Origin: Balanoglossus misakiensis
Taxonomy: Eukaryota > Animalia > Hemichordata
NCBI GenBank assembly: GCA_040954595.2
Contig: CM082584.2
Location: forward strand, 3,724,110 to 3,788,109
Length of the DNA: 64,000 nt
Direction of reading: 5' to 3'
Every line of letters starts with the position of its first letter. Position 1 is the stretch's first letter. A model generated the notes under the pieces. It worked only from the letters and a program-made list of their open reading frames with translations, had not been told where the DNA came from and made no database searches. A program made the translations under genes and the position numbers. This document shows, in pieces, positions 12,674 to 25,800 of this stretch.

Positions 12674-14291
12674 GGTGTCGGTGTCCTTGCAGTAGTCCAG
12701 CAACGTCTTGATGAGACGCCTTCTTTCGTAATCGTGATGTGGTGTCGCCCAGTGGTCGATGATGTCATATTCAAGATTCTGATAAAAAAGAAAATACCAA
12801 AAGCATCTTAACAAAACGACAACGACAACGCGACGAAGCAACTTCAAAGACGACTTTGCTTATGTAGACACCATTAAGACGGTTCTGAAGCGTCTCAGAT
12901 CAGATACCATCTTAAAAAACACGTGTGGACGGTGTATAGTGGTTCTGTAACGGTTTAGATTTGAGACGGCTTTGCCGGTCGGTCAGACCTGAGCCGGTAA
13001 AAGGATTAACACCTCGCCGCAACCCATCGTCTATTGCTGAGTTCACATCTAGGCCCATGGCCGGGCAAAACTAATCCCGATGATTGTGACAAGATAAGCT
13101 AATCTTTAGTCCCCGTTTACATTGTGTTTGGCACAGTCCTGGCCAACGTCGTCTCGCCAACCTTTGACCTTATAAAGCAGAGCCATGTTGGTCCTCTTCT
13201 GGTTGTTTATACGATTTTCACCATGTCAAATGATAGACTCAACTGTTTATGTCAATTGTAAAAGGTGTCAACTGGGACCAGAGTCGGACAAAACGTGTCC
13301 ACACACACCAGACCAGAGTCGACCACAAACCACCCCATTCGACTGGGACCAAAATTGTCCAGACAAGGGTCAGCGAGACCTGTTCACATCTGTTTGTTTG
13401 TTTTTGCTCGGCCACGTACCTTGCTAGGACAAGGGCCTAGCCTTTTTTTAGGAATGTGAACAGCCTAATTGGGAATGAGCCTCAGCGCCTATTCATAAAC
13501 TTTGTGTGTGCGGACACGAGCGACTCAAAGGATTAATGCTCTGTGTTTACCATAGGCAAAAAGTGTCTCAATTTCTTTCGTGTGTTAACCTGGTAACACT
13601 CTGTGTCCGGCGTTCAATTTGTGTCGACCAGCATGAAGCAACACAAGTCGATCAAGAAACCGTTGCTGAACGATGCCGCTACTGTCCCCTCAAAAATGAA
13701 CTTGTAAATACGATATGGGCAGATAAAGATTTGTGCTCAATCTCACCCCGAGACCAGAAATTATTATTTTGCGTACTAAACATTTGAATTAGAAAAACTG
13801 CTCGTCGATTGTCGTTCAGTTGCAACTGGAGTAGGATGAACAATGAAGTTGGTTGGGGACTACTCAGATAGACGCAAATTACTCTCCGTGGACATCTGCT
13901 GGTAGACAGATATTTCAGTCTAATTGTGTTAGAGTTGTGTCAGACAGATTCCGTGGGCAATTACATGTATGCTGGTAGACAGATGTTCCAATCACCTACA
14001 AATCATATATATTTATTTACTGGTCGAACTGATGGAGTGATTATGGTAATTGTGTCAGATATGCTGCAGGATAATTCTGGGAGTGGCCCATTCCTGACCA
14101 TTTTCGTGAGTGTAGCGCCGGCAGTGTTAGTTTATTGTTAATTAATTCTATCGATATTTTGGCTTCCCCAGGACGAGTCCTTCTCTATATACCTTCAACG
14201 GCATTGCGACTGTCAGATTATCGGCCGATTTATCATCGCCAGCGAAGTAAACAGCTGTTGTCAACGACCATCACAAAGTCACTTTCCTTGC

Positions 14292-14421
14292 ATGACATCA
14301 GCTATGCAAAGTTTCCACCCCATTACTTCACAGGGCGCGAATGCTGATTTTCGTGGTCGACACGCGCCTGTGTCGTGTTTCCGAAAAATGAACGGATGTG
14401 AACGTATGCACGACATTTTAT
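14292..14421 (+). pseudogene. 5' fragment (43 codons) of the HHxxxDG acyltransferase, cut by the duplication junction
   Basis: MTSAMQSFHP...ERMHDIL matches the start of 36178 and 41741, then switches to unrelated sequence at 14422. Confidence 0.92.
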
Positions 14422-14473
14422 TTGGTTTCCACCCAATATTTCTGGTTCTAAATGCATGGAACATATTGCTTAA

Positions 14474-15267
14474 GATGGGTCCCCCGGATCTTTTTGCTCG
14501 TTGCTATGGGCCTTTGCAGGACATTACACCCCGATTTGGACTGAGCCGTTTTCAGAGTCTAACAAGGGGCTGGTAACTAGTTGAAAATCTGCACGATTGT
14601 GAGCGCGCGCCCCCTGACGCCATTGATATGCAAATTAGCTAGGTCAAATTTCAAAAGCCTAAGGCTTTTTATTCCGTGACCTCAAAAACGAACTTGATAC
14701 GTATTCATTAGTTGCTTGAACCAGGGAAGATCGTGACGGATTTTGTTTTCGAATATTATCGTTGTATCCCACGATTTCAGCATACCCGTACCACACCTGA
14801 AAAAGTCATCGATTTTGGGTGTTTTAGGACGCACTCTTCCACCGGTATCGCTTCTTAGCACGACGAAAACCGAAAAAACGATCCGTCACACTGTGCGGAA
14901 GTGCGTTCTCAACAAGCAGGTCAAATTTGACTGGCGTACGTGGCCTATGAAAAAAGCCTTAGGGATTTTCGTGAACGGTACAAAATCTCTGTGTACAAAA
15001 CATTGGATTTTTAGCGTTCGATCCAGTTACTGTGGTTACAGGACGCGCACGCTATCGCTGACCGCTGCTTTGCCGTATTAGCGTGGCGGCCTATGGCCGG
15101 GCGGTAGCTGCCGTAAACATACTCGGACAGGGGTGTGCACACAATCGTGTGTATTTTTAACTAGTTACAAGCCCCTTGTCGGACGTTCATAACGGTTTCG
15201 ATCAAAATTGAGTGTAGTGTCCTATAAAGGCCCATAGCAACGAGCAAAAAGATATGGGGGACCCATC
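14474..15267. mobile_element. Non-autonomous TIR element with TTAA TSD (Kolobok-like RR...YY ends)
   Basis: TTAA|GATGGGTCCCCC...GGGGGACCCATC|TTAA with ~140-bp imperfect inverted arms (e.g. TCTTTTTGCTCGTTGCTATGGGCCTTT vs AAAGGCCCATAGCAACGAGCAAAAAGA); no convincing ORF. Confidence 0.82.
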
Positions 15268-16894
15268 TTAATTTAGTGAGCACGCTCTATAACGCGTGGC
15301 AGCACTCCCACTTTTGGTGAGTGTGCGTCGGTGCGCGCGTTGTATGAAACTTGAAAAATGATGAATGTACCAGTAAATGATTGAAAAATATGTGACTTCA
15401 ATATCTTTCATAAACAACCGTGTCTGCAATATGCCTTTTACTTTACAATATGCCTTTTGCATCAGGTAGCCTATATGTCCACCTGCTGATGAGGTATGAT
15501 AAATGCTGTGTTGAAAACGCAATATTAGACTCGCCCTCTTAAAGTGCATAATTGCAGGGAAAAGTCGAAAATTTCAACTGCCTCTTTTCTGTACAGAATC
15601 GTCTCTTTCAGCCCTAAAGATGTGTCGCATACGGCAAAAATGTGTGTTACTTTAACATAACTGCGTGGCGATCAATAATCCTGCCAAACTTCACCGCTTC
15701 CTTCAAAATTATGTGCTTTGGTTTCGACTTCTCGAAGGTTTCTGAAGGCTTCTTGATAAACTAGGCGTGGTATCTTCCTGTATACATTCCCTGTGGAAAT
15801 TAAAGGAAATATAAATGTATTTAAAATTCAGCAACTTTTTCTAAAGGTATGAAATGTGGCCAAAATCGCCTTGTATAGTGAAATACCACCTTACTTTGTT
15901 AATACTTCTGAAAACTAATTTATGATTTCGCTTCATACTTTTCGAGGCACACCAGGTAATAATACATTAAACCAGCAGTAAAAATAAAAATAAATTCCCA
16001 TGCCTTGGTCATGATCTAATACCCAAAGAATTTATGAAAGGAATACCATCATTTTAATCTTGGTACTTTCCAAATTGAAATTCATTTATTTATATATACC
16101 GATAATAGTTCTGGGTCGAGGACCAGAAAGTTATGTGACGTCACAAGTCGTTTGGCCTTATCATAGCTCTGCGTGGTCGGGCTGTGTTGTTACGGCGAGC
16201 CCTCCACCCACAGCCCTGCAAAGCTCCATAGACAAAACTGGCGAAACTTCGCGGATTTGTATCGGAAGGGTCTCCTTACCAAAAACTGCCGATTTCGAAC
16301 TCAAAACGTGCGTCGATCTTCGTCACTGGCCTCGAGTACTCCAGTCGCTAGCAATTTGAGCTAAAATCTGCATGATTGCTTGCGTTAAGGCCCGTTTTCG
16401 ATGTTTATGCGAGAAGATCCCTAAGAACGCCGCCATTTTGAATCTCGTTGCCCAACGAGTTTACCCAGGAGCCTTTGCGCGAAAGTTTGCCGAAAACTTG
16501 CCTCAAAACAAAAGAACATCACACAAACACACACAACTTAAGAAAATACATGAAAATAAACTTATTGCGGAACTATTCCGCCATAAACCGATGATCATTT
16601 CCCATTTATTTCCAAGTTTCTTTTGCCGATACATAGAAGGGTACTAATAACTTTGGTACATGTAAAATAATTAGGTTAGAAGCAGTCTTATCAGAAACAA
16701 TGCAAGTTCAATCAGTAATGTTTGTTCAAAAGATGAGTTTGCTAAATCAAAACAGGAAAGGTCAACCATGTTTATATTTACACTTTATTTTTACACAATG
16801 GAACTGCATGTTGATTGCTCATTTACATACAAAGATTTCAAAGAGGAAGTGGCTATTTTTCCCTAGTCAGTAGGACTGCATTCACGTCACTGTC

Positions 16895-19800
16895 ATGGAT
16901 GTCATTAGGAGAGTTCTGGAAAAATATAATGTTAGTTACCATCTAAAGCATGAACAGTTGCTTATCATCAGGAACATAATTGATAAGAAGCACACTTGTG
17001 GAATTCTGCCAACCGGATTTGGAAAAAGTGACTGTTTTGTTATTCCACAATTGGTTGTTGATGAGGTGAGTACATTTATTTATGACTTCATGATAATTTA
17101 AACACTGAATATGAAAAGCCTGAAAACTAGATTGATATTGAAGTTTTACACCTATCCAGTCACAGCAACTTTTAAATGTTATCTTCACTTCAATTCTAGA
17201 TGTCTCCAGAGAACACACCACACATTGGTATAGTTGTATCTCCTCTCAGAAGCTTAATGATTAATCAGCAGAAAAGGTGGACTGAGCAGGGTGTTAAGGC
17301 TGCTTGCATTCTGAAAATGGCAGAGATGACTCGGGAGGAAATAAAAGGTTAATGGATTTATATGCTACAATCAATTTGTTTGATGTTACATTCAATGTTT
17401 CATTGAAATATTAAATCAGGTACAGATAAATCACAAGGTCATCAATTACCATGCTTAATGTTTAATTACATTTTCATTTTTGATCACAGACATCATAGAG
17501 GGAAAATATTCTATAGTTTTCACATCCCCTGAATCTATATGCAGAGAACCCTGGCAGTCCATGCTAAGAAATGATGTTTACAAGAATAGATTGGTATTCT
17601 TAGCATGTGATGAAGCACATTGTATTATAGAGTGGTGAGTAACAACACTTTGCCTAGCTTTGACAATTGACATAAAGATTTAAAGGAACTTGTTGCACTT
17701 TATTCTGGGTACAATCGCATGGGCAATGGCATCTGGTGTGTACAATGGCATAGCTCGAAAGTCCAACAAACTAGTTGGATAAAGCCTTGTATCAAGGCTT
17801 TACATGTAGCTCAGCCAACTATGTTTACTACCTCAAGATGACAGATTTTTCAAGCAATAAATCACATAAAACACGCTGATTTGTCCTACAAATATCACAA
17901 TTTACACTGTCACGGCATGAGGAAAATTTGCTTGCCAGCAAGAGACACTTTGGATCTTCAAGATATTTTATTGTCAGAAAAGAAAGCTCTGATATCTTTT
18001 GTCAGTAATTAACGAAACGACAAAATACCGTCTGTGAAATATTTGCAATGACAATTACGTTCGATAATTTTAATGACAGGGAAGAAACAGTGATGTTTGT
18101 ATATTCATTCAAAGCTGCGTGTCACGAGAAGCCGCGACTCAACAGAGAGTTCCCGAAGAACCGGTTCAAAGGGAACGGTATTCATCCACGACGGCGGCTA
18201 CCATCAAAATCCATCATCATATCCCCTCAGATTCGCACTACCAACTTTCACTAACGCATTGACATGTTCAAAACTTACATGTACTTGGGCGTCGTATCCA
18301 CCTTCCTTCCAGCAACTGCTTGGGTAAAAAAAAACACGGGGACGCATACACGTGGACTTCCAAATTTAATACGGAGAAAAAAACAATTACACGGACGCCT
18401 GCGCACTGACCGCAAACGCCAGGTCAAAAAAAGCGCAGTGCGACAAACGAAACTATGAATATGCATTGAATTCATGACATAAGCGCAGTGCGACAAACGA
18501 AACTATGAATATGCATTGAATTCATGACATAACTCCCTTTTTGAAAGCTAACTTATAAGTTTGCTACTACAACGCGAATTCAATAACATGAAACTCGATT
18601 TCCAAATGCTGTTTAGCAAAACCGTCAATCGTTCTACACTGCTCTACTAAAGAAGTCCGCACCATGGTTGTCCGATCCTTTGATGGATTCAACTCGGAAT
18701 CTGTAGTTCTGCAAGAACATAGCCCATCTCATTACGCGGTCGTTGATAAACTTGGCACGGTCGACGTACACGAGCGGTTGATGATCAGTTTGCAATACGA
18801 ACTCTGTACCATACAAATACATCATATACTTCCTAACAGCCCAGACAATAGCAAGACACTCCTTCTCGATAGTTGAGTATCCCCTCTCACGGTCTGACAG
18901 CTTCTTGCTGGCAAAACTCACGGGGAACAGTTTACCATCATGTGCCTGCATCAATACAGCCGCGATACCAACATCAGATGCATCCGTACGTAGAACATAC
19001 TGCTTATCAGGGTCAGGCAACTTCAGTATCGGTTTCGTTGTTATGCGTTGGATAAGCGTCTTATATGCCATCTCCTGAGCGTCGCCCCATGCAACTCTAG
19101 TTGGCGATCCCTTCTTGGTCAGATCTGTCAATGGCACTGCTATTGCTGCATAGTTTGGAATGTATTCTCTGTAGAAACCTGTAAGACCTAGAAATGACCT
19201 TACTTCCTTCTTCGTCCTCGGACGTTGTGCATTTCTAACTCTCTCAACGTTATCTTCGTATGGACTCACGTGACCTTCCCTGATATGGTGACCGATAAAA
19301 TCAATACTGTCAGCTCCCACAATGCATTTGGATGGTCGAGCTGTAAATCCTGCTTCGGACATTCTCTTGAACAACTCTCTGAGCACACGCAAATGCTCCG
19401 CCCACGTACGTGTGTGGACGAGGATGTCATCTATATAGAAAACTACATGGACCATCCCACCCAACATTTTACGAATCCCACGCACTAAAGTCGCACCTGA
19501 ATTCATCATACCAAATGGCATTTTCAGGAACTCGTACGCTCCATCTGGTGTAACAAACGCTGTTTTTGGTATATCCCCATCAGCAACAGGAACTTGCCAG
19601 TACCCCTTACTAAGATCGATTTTTGTAAAACACTTATCGCCAGCAAGGCCGTGTAATACGTCATTAGAAGTCATTATTGGCTCTGGATCGAATACGGTCA
19701 CTTTGTTAAGTTTGCGATAATCGATACATATACGATTCGAGCCATCTCGTTTGCGAACTATTACTACTGGTGAAGCATAAGGCGATCTAGATTCACGTAT

Positions 19801-22800
19801 CACTCCCATTTCTAACATACTTTGTATGTCGTTCTTCAAAGATTCTCTTATCTTATATGGGACTGGGTAAGGTCTGGAACGTATGGGCTCATCTGATGTA
19901 AGATGAATGTGGTACTGGACTATATTAGTAGTCCCTGGTATATCAGTAAATAGGTGCCTAAACTCGTTTACTAATACCCTAGCAGATTCTAATTCCTCAT
20001 GGGTACGTTTATCACCGAACTTCACATCAGCTACTGTTTCCTTTGACAGACATGTGTTAAGCTCCAACAAGTCATCACCTACTACAGCATCTTCAGTACA
20101 TGCTTCCTCATACTCAATTATAGCGGCACTTGCGACATTCAAAGCTGGTAAACTGCAACTTGCTTTATCACTGTCTAATTCAACTCGATGAATATACTCT
20201 TTCAACAAATTGGCATGATACGTCTTGTACTTCCCATTTACGTATACCTTGTAATCATTGGTACCAATAACACTATCGATTTTATAAGGGCCCTTCCACT
20301 GCATGAGCAATTTATTGTTGTCAGTAGGCAACAGAACCAATACCATCTGCCCTGGCATGTATTTTCGTACTTAAGCACCGCGGTCATAATAGTGTTTATA
20401 CCGCTGTTGTGACTTTAACAACTCAGCTTGGGCAATTTTCAATGTCTGTTCAAGACGTTCTCTCAACTCGAAGACATACTGATAACTATTTCTAACTTCA
20501 GTCTCATCAGTTTTTGTTGTCCAAAGCTGTTTAAGAATATGCATCGGCCCACGAATTGTTCTCCCGTACATCAACTCGAATGGGGCAAACCCAGTTGACT
20601 CTTGGGGCACCTCCCTATATGCAAATAATAATGCCTTGATGTAACGATGCCACTGATTTGGCTGTTCGCTACAAAGACGTTTGAGCATCGACTTTAAAAC
20701 ACCATTGAATTTTTCGACCAAACCATTACAGATCGGGTGATATGGTGTGGTGGACATTCCCCTGATTCCAAGTAAACGGGACACTTCACGCATACATTCT
20801 GATACAAATTGTGTCCCCATATCATGTAAAATCTCTTCAGGTATACCAAGTCGGCTATACATGTCAACTAATGCTTCTGCTACATCCTCAGTGCTGATGC
20901 GCTTTAATGGCACAGCCTCTGGATATCTAGTAGCGTAGTCGACAAGGGTAAGTATATATCTATGGCCACTCTCACTAGGAGGGTGTATGGGCCCCACTAA
21001 ATCTACGGCTACTCTTTTGAATGGTACATCTATCAACGGCATTTTCTGAAGGGGAACTTTAATGACTTTGCCTTTAGATATGGTTCTCTGGCAAATATCA
21101 CAAGATCTACAAAAACGTGTTATGTCACCATGAATACCCGGCCAATAGAAATTTGTCAATACTCTGTCTGTGGTTTTCTTTATCCCCATATGGCCACCTG
21201 TTATAGAATCATGGGCAACTGACATAACTTGATTACGCAATGCTTTTGGAACCATTATCTGTTTCACAGGTGTTCCATGATTTAAATATGGATGAGTATA
21301 TTGTCTGTACAACACACCACCCCTTACCAAAAATACTACTTCCCGTTCCCCTTTGACCTCGGGAGTATTCAATGACCAATATTTATCAAGAGCAGAGTCA
21401 CTGCGTTGCATTTCAATTAACTTCTCTTTACAAACATCAAGACATTTACTGCCAGCAGGCACTTTCAAGGGCTTGCACTGGTCGCTCTTTTTAGCCATAG
21501 CCCTAGTAACTACAGCGCATTTTCCTGACCAATTTGTATCAGGATCACCTGGCGCTCTTGCTCCAGGAACATTACCAATTACTAAATCATAAATAGCATC
21601 AGGCAAACACTGTGCCTCTACCTCGCCAGTCAAATAAGGAGTATCAATATGAATTTTAGCAACAGGCACTGTGCGAGCAGTGTTGTCAACCATAAGCATA
21701 CAACAAAATTTGCCTGTATATTGGTCATCTTTCACAAATTCCCTCTTGACAACAGCACCACTGCAACCAGTATCTCTGAGTGCAGTTACAGCAGTGTTAC
21801 CAATTTTCCCTTTTACAGTAGGCATTTTCGCTTCTAATGGTTGAAAACACGCAGTATGAACTAGTGGTATCGTTTTCCCACCAGCCAATAGAAGTTCGCC
21901 ATTTTTATACACGACTCCACATCAGCCTTTGTTGCAGGCTCTGGCCCTACAAGACAGGCGGCGCTCATCTCTCCCCTTACGGAATGAATCGCATCAAGGT
22001 TAGTCACTGCAGCTCCTACTCTTTTGGGAGTGGGTTTCTCACCCGACTTAGTCTGAAACCTACACGTTTGGGCTTTATGTCCCAAACGACCACAGTTATG
22101 GCATTTAACCCCAAACACATTTTTATGGTCAATTTTACTTGCACAATCTTTGGACAAATGGCCATACCCCTTGCATCGATAACACTGAATACCGGAGGTT
22201 TCAATGCCGCTTCCACCACTACTGGCAGGACGGCGTTCTCTTTTGGTTACAGGCTTTGTATCAGTATTGTTTACAAGCGACGTTAAACGTCTGTCGTGAG
22301 CCTGCAGGTAACGATCTGCAATATCTGCAACTTTATCTAAAGTTTTGGGGTTCTTTTCACGCAAATGTACGGCCAAGTCCTTTGGGCATGTTTCAATAAA
22401 CTGCTGTTTGACTATAAGTTCACATACATTATCAAAATCTTTCACAGTACCAGATAACTCGATCCACTTATGGAAATAATTCATCAAACGGACCAAACAT
22501 TGGTCACAACTTTCACCATGTTCGGGTTTGAAATTCATAAACTTGGCTCTATAGCCATCCTCTGTTAATTCGTATCTCTTCAACAGAGCATCCTTAACAT
22601 CGCCATACTTCTGTGCTGCCGTATCAGACAGTCTAGAATAAACATCTAAAGCTTTACCCGTTAACAATGCACTTAACAAAGATGCCCACTTTGGCTTATC
22701 CCACTTATTACTAGTTGCAAAGCGTTCAAAACGGAGCAAATAACTATCTAGCTCATCCTTCCCATCAACAAAAGCGGGTAACTTGGGAGATTTCGCCAAA

Positions 22801-25800
22801 TCAGAACCAGCATCAAAATGACGCCCCCTTCGACACTACCGGCTTCAAGCCGTTTCATTTCTAATTCATGTTTCCTTTGCGCTTCTCTTTCAACTAAATC
22901 ATGTTTTCGGTGTGCCTCTCTTTCAGCTAAATCTGCCGCCATCTTCTTCTCTTCGATCTCTCTTTCAATTTCAGCCTTTTTTAATCCACGTTCCCTCTGC
23001 CTCTCTTCTCTCTATATTCTGCTGCTCCTTGACAAAATTTAACAACGCTTCACCCGTTAAACCGAGCCCAGATCCAATGTCAATAAACTTTTCCATATCT
23101 AATAAAATGTCAACTGCGTACTAGTACAAAGCACTGATATACATATATAATTGCAACCTATAAAACAGTGAAAAGCTTTCGAGTAGACCAACTATCCAAT
23201 TTCATTAAACAAATTTGGACTCAAGGAAGCGGACCCGCCAGTTGATATCCAGATAGTTTCACACAATGCTATTGTGCGTCTACTACCCTGCAAGAAGTGC
23301 AGTGTCCAAGAAATATCAACCGGGATCAGTCACGACAATATACGCCTTACAATTTTAGGCAATTATAACAAAACGAAATACGTACTGAGTAGAAAGCTCT
23401 ATGTCACTGCTTTATGTACATGTACTAGGATTTACGGGAAATAAAAATAAACTATGCTCAGTTTTACAAATACTATACCGTCTGTGGATTTCACAAATTC
23501 AGAAATCCACCAAGAAAACAAATATCCTCGCCGATTTATTAGAACGAAATTGCCGTTCTCCCGGACGAGCCCCCATATGTCACGGCGTGAGGAAAATTTG
23601 CTTGCCAGCAAGAGACACTTTGGATCTTCAAGATATTTTATTGTCAGAAAAGAAAGCTCTGATATCTTTTGTCAGTAATTAACGAAACGACAAAATACCG
23701 TCTGTGAAATATTTGCAATGACAATTACGTTCGATAATTTTAATGACAGGGAAGAAACAGTGATGTTTGTATATTCATTCAAAGCTGCGTGTCACGAGAA
23801 GCCGCGACTCAACAGAGAGTTCCCGAAGAACCGGTTCAAAGGGAACGGTATTCATCCACGACGGCGGCTACCATCAAAATCCATCATCATATCCCCTCAG
23901 ATTCGCACTACCAACTTTCACTAACGCATTGACATGTTCAAAACTTACATGTACTTGGGCGTCGTATCCACCTTCCTTCCAGCAACTGCTTGGGTAAAAA
24001 AAACACGGGGACGCATACACGTGGACTTCCAAATTTAATACGGAGAAAAAAACAATTACACGGACGCCTGCGCACTGACCGCAAACGCCAGGTCAAAAAA
24101 AGCGCAGTGCGACAAACGAAACTATGAATATGCATTGAATTCATGACATAAGCGCAGTGCGACAAACGAAACTATGAATATGCATTGAATTCATGACATA
24201 CACACAAGTCTACTGAGTTTTAATATGAACCTGACAAGTGGTAAGATTTTTTAGTTAATATTCTATTTCAATTTTGCATACCATGTATCCAATGGTTAAG
24301 GACATAGCTATAAAAGATGTACCATTACACTACAATCTTTGCTTTGGTTTAAGGGGTGATGATTTCAGACCAGAATATAAACAGGTATCTGTGTTGAGAA
24401 GCCTCTTGACATGTCCTCTACTGATTTTGACTGCCACTGCCACTGAAACCATGAGGAAAATAATCTTGCTCAATTTATTGTTGGATGACTCAGACGTAAA
24501 GACTGTTGCTGTTCTGCCTGACAGGTAAGAGCTTTAAATTGAAGAACATGTCACTATTTGTGTTACCAAAGCAAATTGTGTCTTTGGCTTATTCTTCTGT
24601 ACCACACAGAATAAATAACTAAAGAGTCAACACAAGTACAGCCACATTCCGTTCAATCAACGGGCAATATATCACGGGCCTTATCAAGTTTTTTTGCATA
24701 CAATCTAAAACGCTTGATTAGCCCACTTGGACTCTTCACAGCTGTGTTATGATGGTACCCTGGGAATGATGCATGTTTCCGCCCAGGTCGAATATCAAAA
24801 AGGCCATCATCTTTGTATCCTTTCACAAACTTTGAAATATCACTTCTGCAGTTTGGTTTTCCACCAGCACTTGTTGATACACGTGTCTCAGCAACTTTGT
24901 CTTCATATAACTTGTTGATGGCATTGCCCATGCTGCCTCCCATTTGGCTCATTCTTGCAACTTGCGCATCAGTGTACTTGCCCCTTGACTGTTTTAAAGC
25001 TTCTGTGAAAATTTAATGCATGCAAAGTTATGCTGTTAGGCTGTGACATTTCTTCATGTGGCCATAATATGTCTTTCATACATTCAGTGATCGTTAAGGG
25101 AAAAAATGCGGAAACTCATGAAAAGCTTTGATGTGCAGCTTTAATGATATGAATCACATAAATGTATTTTACATGTAAGATTTCGACTACTTCTTCCTCA
25201 TTTTTGAAAGAAATTAATCATAAAATTTCTTCATTTACAGACCAAATATATTTCTTCACTTTAAAAGTGAAATAGGTATGAATTTTGATAAAGAACTTGC
25301 ATGGTACTTTGAACACCTGAGAAGTGAAGGAAAGAAAGCCAAAAAAGCAATAATCTACTGCAGGTCAGTACTAGGCCCTCTTCATAAAATTATTTTCAAA
25401 CTTCTACTTTTTATTACCAAGAAAGCAATGCACAATTCAGCATGGCCAATCCTTTCCAAGACATGATAGAATAAACTGCTGCTGGGTATTGATTGACATT
25501 TTTATACTTGAAAAAAATATACCTATATTCTATACCATAATAAATATTTTTCCATCATGTCTGCAATATCTCAACATATCAATAAATAATCTCTGTATGT
25601 GGTAATAAATTTGATTTCAGGACCATCAGAGAAGTAGCAGATGTTTACGAGCATTTTGTTGCTGAAAAGGCTTGGTGTGGTGAAGCAAAACATGTTGAAA
25701 ATAGACTTATAGATATGTACCACTCATCTGTGGATGAAGCCACTGAAAGAAGGATTGTTACCATATTCCCCACAGAAGCCAGTGTGATCAGATGTCTGGT

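Larger units (their letters stand above)
1..14422. repeat. Tandem duplication unit A (5' part outside window), near-identical to 15052-36307
   Basis: Position 1 aligns to 15052 and ORFs recur in the same order (e.g. 3833/25715, 10726/32613, 14135/36021). The unit ends inside the acyltransferase ORF at ...GACATTTTAT (14421). Confidence 0.95.
17908..24198 (-). mobile_element. Gmr1-like Ty3/Gypsy LTR retrotransposon, full length
   Basis: LTRs 17908-18529 and 23578-24198 (TGTCA...TGACA); 5-bp TSD TACAC at 17903-17907 and 24199-24203; PBS and PPT present; domain order gag-PR-INT-RT-RNaseH. Confidence 0.95.

Noticed and set aside
12387-13483. GAGGCTCATTCCC(TTAA) at 12387-12403 and GGGAATGAGCCTC at 13471-13483 as ends of one giant element
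   Set aside because: They face outward within a unit, the match is only 13 bp and the second lacks a clean TTAA; more likely ends of separate repeats.
14292-14576. 94-aa chimeric acyltransferase-MITE ORF as a new gene
   Set aside because: It lacks the HHxxxDG site and is a by-product of the duplication junction; nothing supports function.
18431-18530. CRISPR-like repeat
   Set aside because: Only two adjacent copies, no spacer, eukaryotic LTR context and no cas genes.
23559-23575. tRNA-Pro gene
   Set aside because: Only the 3' 17 nt including CCA are present, next to an LTR; this is a primer-binding site.
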